A DNA stretch of 64,000 bases from Convolutriloba macropyga (taxonomy: Eukaryota): assembly GCF_964194025.1 (NCBI RefSeq), contig NW_027450122.1, positions 1 through 64,000 on the forward strand, in the 5' to 3' direction. Positions 58,801 through 64,000 of the stretch are shown in pieces. Within the stretch, counting starts at the first letter, position 1, and each line of letters opens with the position of its first letter. The position numbers were made by a program, and so were the translations under genes. A model generated the notes under the pieces. The model had not been told where the DNA came from. It worked only from the letters and a program-made list of their open reading frames with translations, and did not search any database.

Positions 58801-61800
58801 CTTGAGTTAGCTTGAGTTAGCTTTAGCTAGCTTGAGTTAGCTTGAACTAGCTTGAGTTAGCTTGAGCTAGCTTGAGTTAGCTTGAGTTAGCTTGAGTTAG
58901 CTTTAGCTAGCTTGAGTTAGCTTGAACTAGCTTGAGTTAGCTTGAGTTAGCTTGAGTTAGCTTGAGTTAGCTTGTCTTAGCTTTAGCTAGCTTGAGCTAG
59001 CTTGAACTAGCTTTAGCTACCTTGAGTTAGCTTGAGTTAGCTCGGGTTAGCTTGAGTTAGCTTGAGTTAGCTTGAGTTAGCTTTAGCTAGCTTGAGTTAG
59101 CTTGAGTTAGCTTGAGTTAGCTTGAACTAGCTTGAGTTAGCTTGAGTTAGCTTGAGTTAGCTTGAGTTAGCTTGAGTTAGCTTGAGTTAGCTTGTCTTAG
59201 CTTTAGCTAGCTTGAGTTAGCTTGAACTAGCTTTAGCTACCTTGAGTTAGCTTGAGTTAGCTCGGGTTAGCTTGAGTTAGCTTGAGTTAGCTTGAGTTAG
59301 CTTTAGCTAGCTTGAGTTAGCTTGAGTTAGCTTGAGTTAGCTTGAGTTAGCTTGAATTAGCTTGAGTTAGCTTGAGTTAGCTTTAGCTAGCTTGGGTTAG
59401 CTTGAGCTAGCTTGAGTTAGCTCGGGTTAGCTTGAGTTAGCTTGAGTTAGCTTTAGCTAGCTTGAGTTAGCTTGAGTTAGCTTGAGTTAGCTTGAGTTAG
59501 CTTTAGCTAGCTTGAGTTAGCTTGAACTAGCTTGAGTTAGCTTGAGCTAGCTTGAGTTAGCTTGAGTTAGCTTGAGTTAGCTTTAGCTAGCTTGAGTTAG
59601 CTTGAACTAGCTTTAGTTAGCTTGAGTTAGCTTGAGTTAGCTTGAGTTAGCTTGAGTTAGCTTGTCTTAGCTTTAGCTAGCTTGAGTTAGCTTGAACTAG
59701 CTTTAGCTACCTTGAGTTAGCTTGAGTTAGCTCGGGTTAGCTTGAGTTAGCTTGAGTTAGCTTGAGTTAGCTTTAGCTAGCTTGAGTTAGCTTGAGTTAG
59801 CTTGAGTTAGCTTGAGTTAGCTTGAATTAGCTTGAGTTAGCTTGAGTTAGCTTTAGCTAGCTTGGGTTAGCTTGAGCTAGCTTGAGTTAGCTCGGGTTAG
59901 CTTGAGTTAGCTTGAGTTAGCTTTAGCTAGCTTGAGTTAGCTTGAGTTAGCTTGAGTTAGCTTGAGTTAGCTTTAGCTAGCTTGAGTTAGCTTGAACTAG
60001 CTTGAGTTAGCTTGAGCTAGCTTGAGTTAGCTTGAGTTAGCTTGAGTTAGCTTTAGCTAGCTTGAGTTAGCTTGAACTAGCTTGAGTTAGCTTGAGCTAG
60101 CTTGAGTTAGCTTGAGTTAGCTTGAGTTAGCTTTAGCTAGCTTGAGTTAGCTTGAACTAGCTTGAGTTAGCTTGAGTTAGCTTGAGTTAGCTTGAGTTAG
60201 CTTGTCTTAGCTTTAGCTAGCTTGAGCTAGCTTGAACTAGCTTTAGCTACCTTGAGTTAGCTTGAGTTAGCTCGGGTTAGCTTGAGTTAGCTTGAGTTAG
60301 CTTGAGTTAGCTTTAGCTAGCTTGAGTTAGCTTGAGTTAGCTTGAGTTAGCTTGAACTAGCTTGAGTTAGCTTGAGTTAGCTTGAGTTAGCTTGAGTTAG
60401 CTTGAGTTAGCTTGAGTTAGCTTGTCTTAGCTTTAGCTAGCTTGAGTTAGCTTGAACTAGCTTTAGCTACCTTGAGTTAGCTTGAGTTAGCTCGGGTTAG
60501 CTTGAGTTAGCTTGAGTTAGCTTGAGTTAGCTTTAGCTAGCTTGAGTTAGCTTGAGTTAGCTTGAGTTAGCTTGAGTTAGCTTGAATTAGCTTGAGTTAG
60601 CTTGAGTTAGCTTTAGCTAGCTTGGGTTAGCTTGAGCTAGCTTGAGTTAGCTCGGGTTAGCTTGAGTTAGCTTGAGTTAGCTTTAGCTAGCTTGAGTTAG
60701 CTTGAGTTAGCTTGAGTTAGCTTTAGCTAGCTTGAGTTAGCTTGAACTAGCTTGAGTTAGCTTGAACTAGCTTGAGTTAGCTTGAGTTAGCTTGAGTTAG
60801 CTTTAGCTAGCTTGAGTTAGCTTGAACTAGCTTTAGTTAGCTTGAGTTAGCTTGAGTTAGCTTGAGTTAGCTTGAGTTAGCTTGTCTTAGCTTTAGCTAG
60901 CTTGAGTTAGCTTGAACTAGCTTTAGCTACCTTGAGTTAGCTTGAGTTAGCTCGGGTTAGCTTGAGTTAGCTTGAGTTAGCTTGAGTTAGCTTTAGCTAG
61001 CTTGAGTTAGCTTGAGTTAGCTTGAGTTAGCTTGAACTAGCTTGAGTTAGCTTGAGTTAGCTTGAGTTAGCTTGAGTTAGCTTGAGTTAGCTTGAGTTAG
61101 CTTGTCTTAGCTTTAGCTAGCTTGAGTTAGCTTGAACTAGCTTTAGCTACCTTGAGTTAGCTTGAGTTAGCTCGGGTTAGCTTGAGTTAGCTTGAGTTAG
61201 CTTGAGTTAGCTTTAGCTAGCTTGAGTTAGCTTGAGTTAGCTTGAGTTAGCTTGAGTTAGCTTGAATTAGCTTGAGTTAGCTTGAGTTAGCTTTAGCTAG
61301 CTTGGGTTAGCTTGAGCTAGCTTGAGTTAGCTCGGGTTAGCTTGAGTTAGCTTGAGTTAGCTTTAGCTAGCTTGAGTTAGCTTGAGTTAGCTTGAGTTAG
61401 CTTGAGTTAGCTTTAGCTAGCTTGAGTTAGCTTGAACTAGCTTGAGTTAGCTTGAGCTAGCTTGAGTTAGCTTGAGTTAGCTTGAGTTAGCTTTGGCTAG
61501 CTTGAGTTAGCTTGAACTAGCTTGAGTTAGCTTGAGTTAGCTTGAGTTAGCTTGTCTTAGCTTTAGCTAGCTTGAGCTAGCTTGAACTAGCTTTAGCTAC
61601 CTTGAGTTAGCTTGAGTTAGCTCGGGTTAGCTTGAGTTAGCTTGAGTTAGCTTGAGTTAGCTTTAGCTAGCTTGAGTTAGCTTGAGTTAGCTTGAGTTAG
61701 CTTGAACTAGCTTGAGTTAGCTTGAGTTAGCTTGAGTTAGCTTGAGTTAGCTTGAGTTAGCTTGTCTTAGCTTTAGCTAGCTTGAGTTAGCTTGAACTAG

Positions 61801-64000
61801 CTTTAGCTACCTTGAGTTAGCTTGAGTTAGCTCGGGTTAGCTTGAGTTAGCTTGAGTTAGCTTGAGTTAGCTTTAGCTAGCTTGAGTTAGCTTGAGTTAG
61901 CTTGAGTTAGCTTGAGTTAGCTTGAATTAGCTTGAGTTAGCTTGAGTTAGCTTTAGCTAGCTTGGGTTAGCTTGAGCTAGCTTGAGTTAGCTCGGGTTAG
62001 CTTGAGTTAGCTTGAGTTAGCTTTAGCTAGCTTGAGTTAGCTTGAGTTAGCTTGAGTTAGCTTGAGTTAGCTTTAGCTAGCTTGAGTTAGCTTGAACTAG
62101 CTTGAGTTAGCTTGAGCTAGCTTGAGTTAGCTTGAGTTAGCTTGAGTTAGCTTTAGCTAGCTTGAGTTAGCTTGAACTAGCTTGAGTTAGCTTGAGTTAG
62201 CTTGAGTTAGCTTGAGTTAGCTTGTCTTAGCTTTAGCTAGCTTGAGCTAGCTTGAACTAGCTTTAGCTACCTTGAGTTAGCTTGAGTTAGCTCGGGTTAG
62301 CTTGAGTTAGCTTGAGTTAGCTTGAGTTAGCTTTAGCTAGCTTGAGTTAGCTTGAGTTAGCTTGAGTTAGCTTGAACTAGCTTGAGTTAGCTTGAGTTAG
62401 CTTGAGTTAGCTTGAGTTAGCTTGAGTTAGCTTGTCTTAGCTTTAGCTAGCTTGAGTTAGCTTGAACTAGCTTTAGCTACCTTGAGTTAGCTTGAGTTAG
62501 CTCGGGTTAGCTTGAGTTAGCTTGAGTTAGCTTGAGTTAGCTTTAGCTAGCTTGAGTTAGCTTGAGTTAGCTTGAGTTAGCTTGAGTTAGCTTGAATTAG
62601 CTTGAGTTAGCTTGAGTTAGCTTTAGCTAGCTTGGGTTAGCTTGAGCTAGCTTGAGTTAGCTCGGGTTAGCTTGAGTTAGCTTGAGTTAGCTTTAGCTAG
62701 CTTGAGTTAGCTTGAGTTAGCTTGAGTTAGCTTGAGTTAGCTTTAGCTAGCTTGAGTTAGCTTGAACTAGCTTGAGTTAGCTTGAGCTAGCTTGAGTTAG
62801 CTTGAGTTAGCTTGAGTTAGCTTTAGCTAGCTTGAGTTAGCTTGAACTAGCTTTAGTTAGCTTGAGTTAGCTTGAGTTAGCTTGAGTTAGCTTGAGTTAG
62901 CTTGTCTTAGCTTTAGCTAGCTTGAGTTAGCTTGAACTAGCTTTAGCTACCTTGAGTTAGCTTGAGTTAGCTCGGGTTAGCTTGAGTTAGCTTGAGTTAG
63001 CTTGAGTTAGCTTTAGCTAGCTTGAGTTAGCTTGAGTTAGCTTGAGTTAGCTTGAACTAGCTTGAGTTAGCTTGAGTTAGCTTGAGTTAGCTTGAGTTAG
63101 CTTGAGTTAGCTTGAGTTAGCTTGTCTTAGCTTTAGCTAGCTTGAGTTAGCTTGAACTAGCTTTAGCTACCTTGAGTTAGCTTGAGTTAGCTCGGGTTAG
63201 CTTGAGTTAGCTTGAGTTAGCTTGAGTTAGCTTTAGCTAGCTTGAGTTAGCTTGAGTTAGCTTGAGTTAGCTTGAGTTAGCTTGAATTAGCTTGAGTTAG
63301 CTTGAGTTAGCTTTAGCTAGCTTGGGTTAGCTTGAGCTAGCTTGAGTTAGCTCGGGTTAGCTTGAGTTAGCTTGAGTTAGCTTTAGCTAGCTTGAGTTAG
63401 CTTGAGTTAGCTTGAGTTAGCTTGAGTTAGCTTTAGCTAGCTTGAGTTAGCTTGAACTAGCTTGAGTTAGCTTGAGCTAGCTTGAGTTAGCTTGAGTTAG
63501 CTTGAGTTAGCTTTAGCTAGCTTGAGTTAGCTTGAACTAGCTTGAGTTAGCTTGAGTTAGCTTGAGTTAGCTTGTCTTAGCTTTAGCTAGCTTGAGCTAG
63601 CTTGAACTAGCTTTAGCTACCTTGAGTTAGCTTGAGTTAGCTCGGGTTAGCTTGAGTTAGCTTGAGTTAGCTTGAGTTAGCTTTAGCTAGCTTGAGTTAG
63701 CTTGAGTTAGCTTGAGTTAGCTTGAACTAGCTTGAGTTAGCTTGAGTTAGCTTGAGTTAGCTTGAGTTAGCTTGAGTTAGCTTGTCTTAGCTTTAGCTAG
63801 CTTGAGTTAGCTTGAACTAGCTTTAGCTACCTTGAGTTAGCTTGAGTTAGCTCGGGTTAGCTTGAGTTAGCTTGAGTTAGCTTGAGTTAGCTTTAGCTAG
63901 CTTGAGTTAGCTTGAGTTAGCTTGAGTTAGCTTGAGTTAGCTTGAATTAGCTTGAGTTAGCTTGAGTTAGCTTTAGCTAGCTTGGGTTAGCTTGAGCTAG
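49866..64000 (+). repeat. Second 10-bp satellite array (TTGAGTTAGC)n, same orientation and variant code as the first; runs off the window end
   Basis: Same monomer variants and higher-order order; degenerate first ~260 bp. Confidence 0.99.

Overview
Eukaryotic, probably metazoan, repeat-rich locus. (1) 1-6195 is the end of a tandem array of replication-dependent core histone genes. All are on the + strand in the order H2A-H2B-H3-H4-H2A-H2B, with a 3593-bp unit and no H1. Each gene has a 3' stem-loop, and the spacers are built from CCAAT-containing 48-bp modules and fold-back palindromes. (2) About 6.2-36.3 kb and 49.9-64 kb are a very homogeneous 10-bp satellite (TTGAGTTAGC) with nested higher-order repeats. 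(3) 36.3-43.1 kb is a compound (TTGAGC)n(TAGC)m microsatellite that is also found in the histone spacer. (4) 43.1-49.9 kb is a ~6.8-kb island organised like an rDNA unit. It has 1187-bp repeats containing 209-bp subrepeats, four putative Pol I promoter-like motifs (ATTATTAGGG) and a ~760-nt ETS-like leader. The only rRNA sequence present is domain VI of the large-subunit rRNA (helices 94-101, including the sarcin-ricin loop), followed by UUCG-hairpin repeats and ~20 tandem copies of the histone-promoter CCAAT module. The stand-alone domain VI is structurally intact and starts at the domain V/VI boundary. It is the most unusual feature: either a separately encoded piece of a split 28S rRNA or a precisely deleted rDNA orphon.
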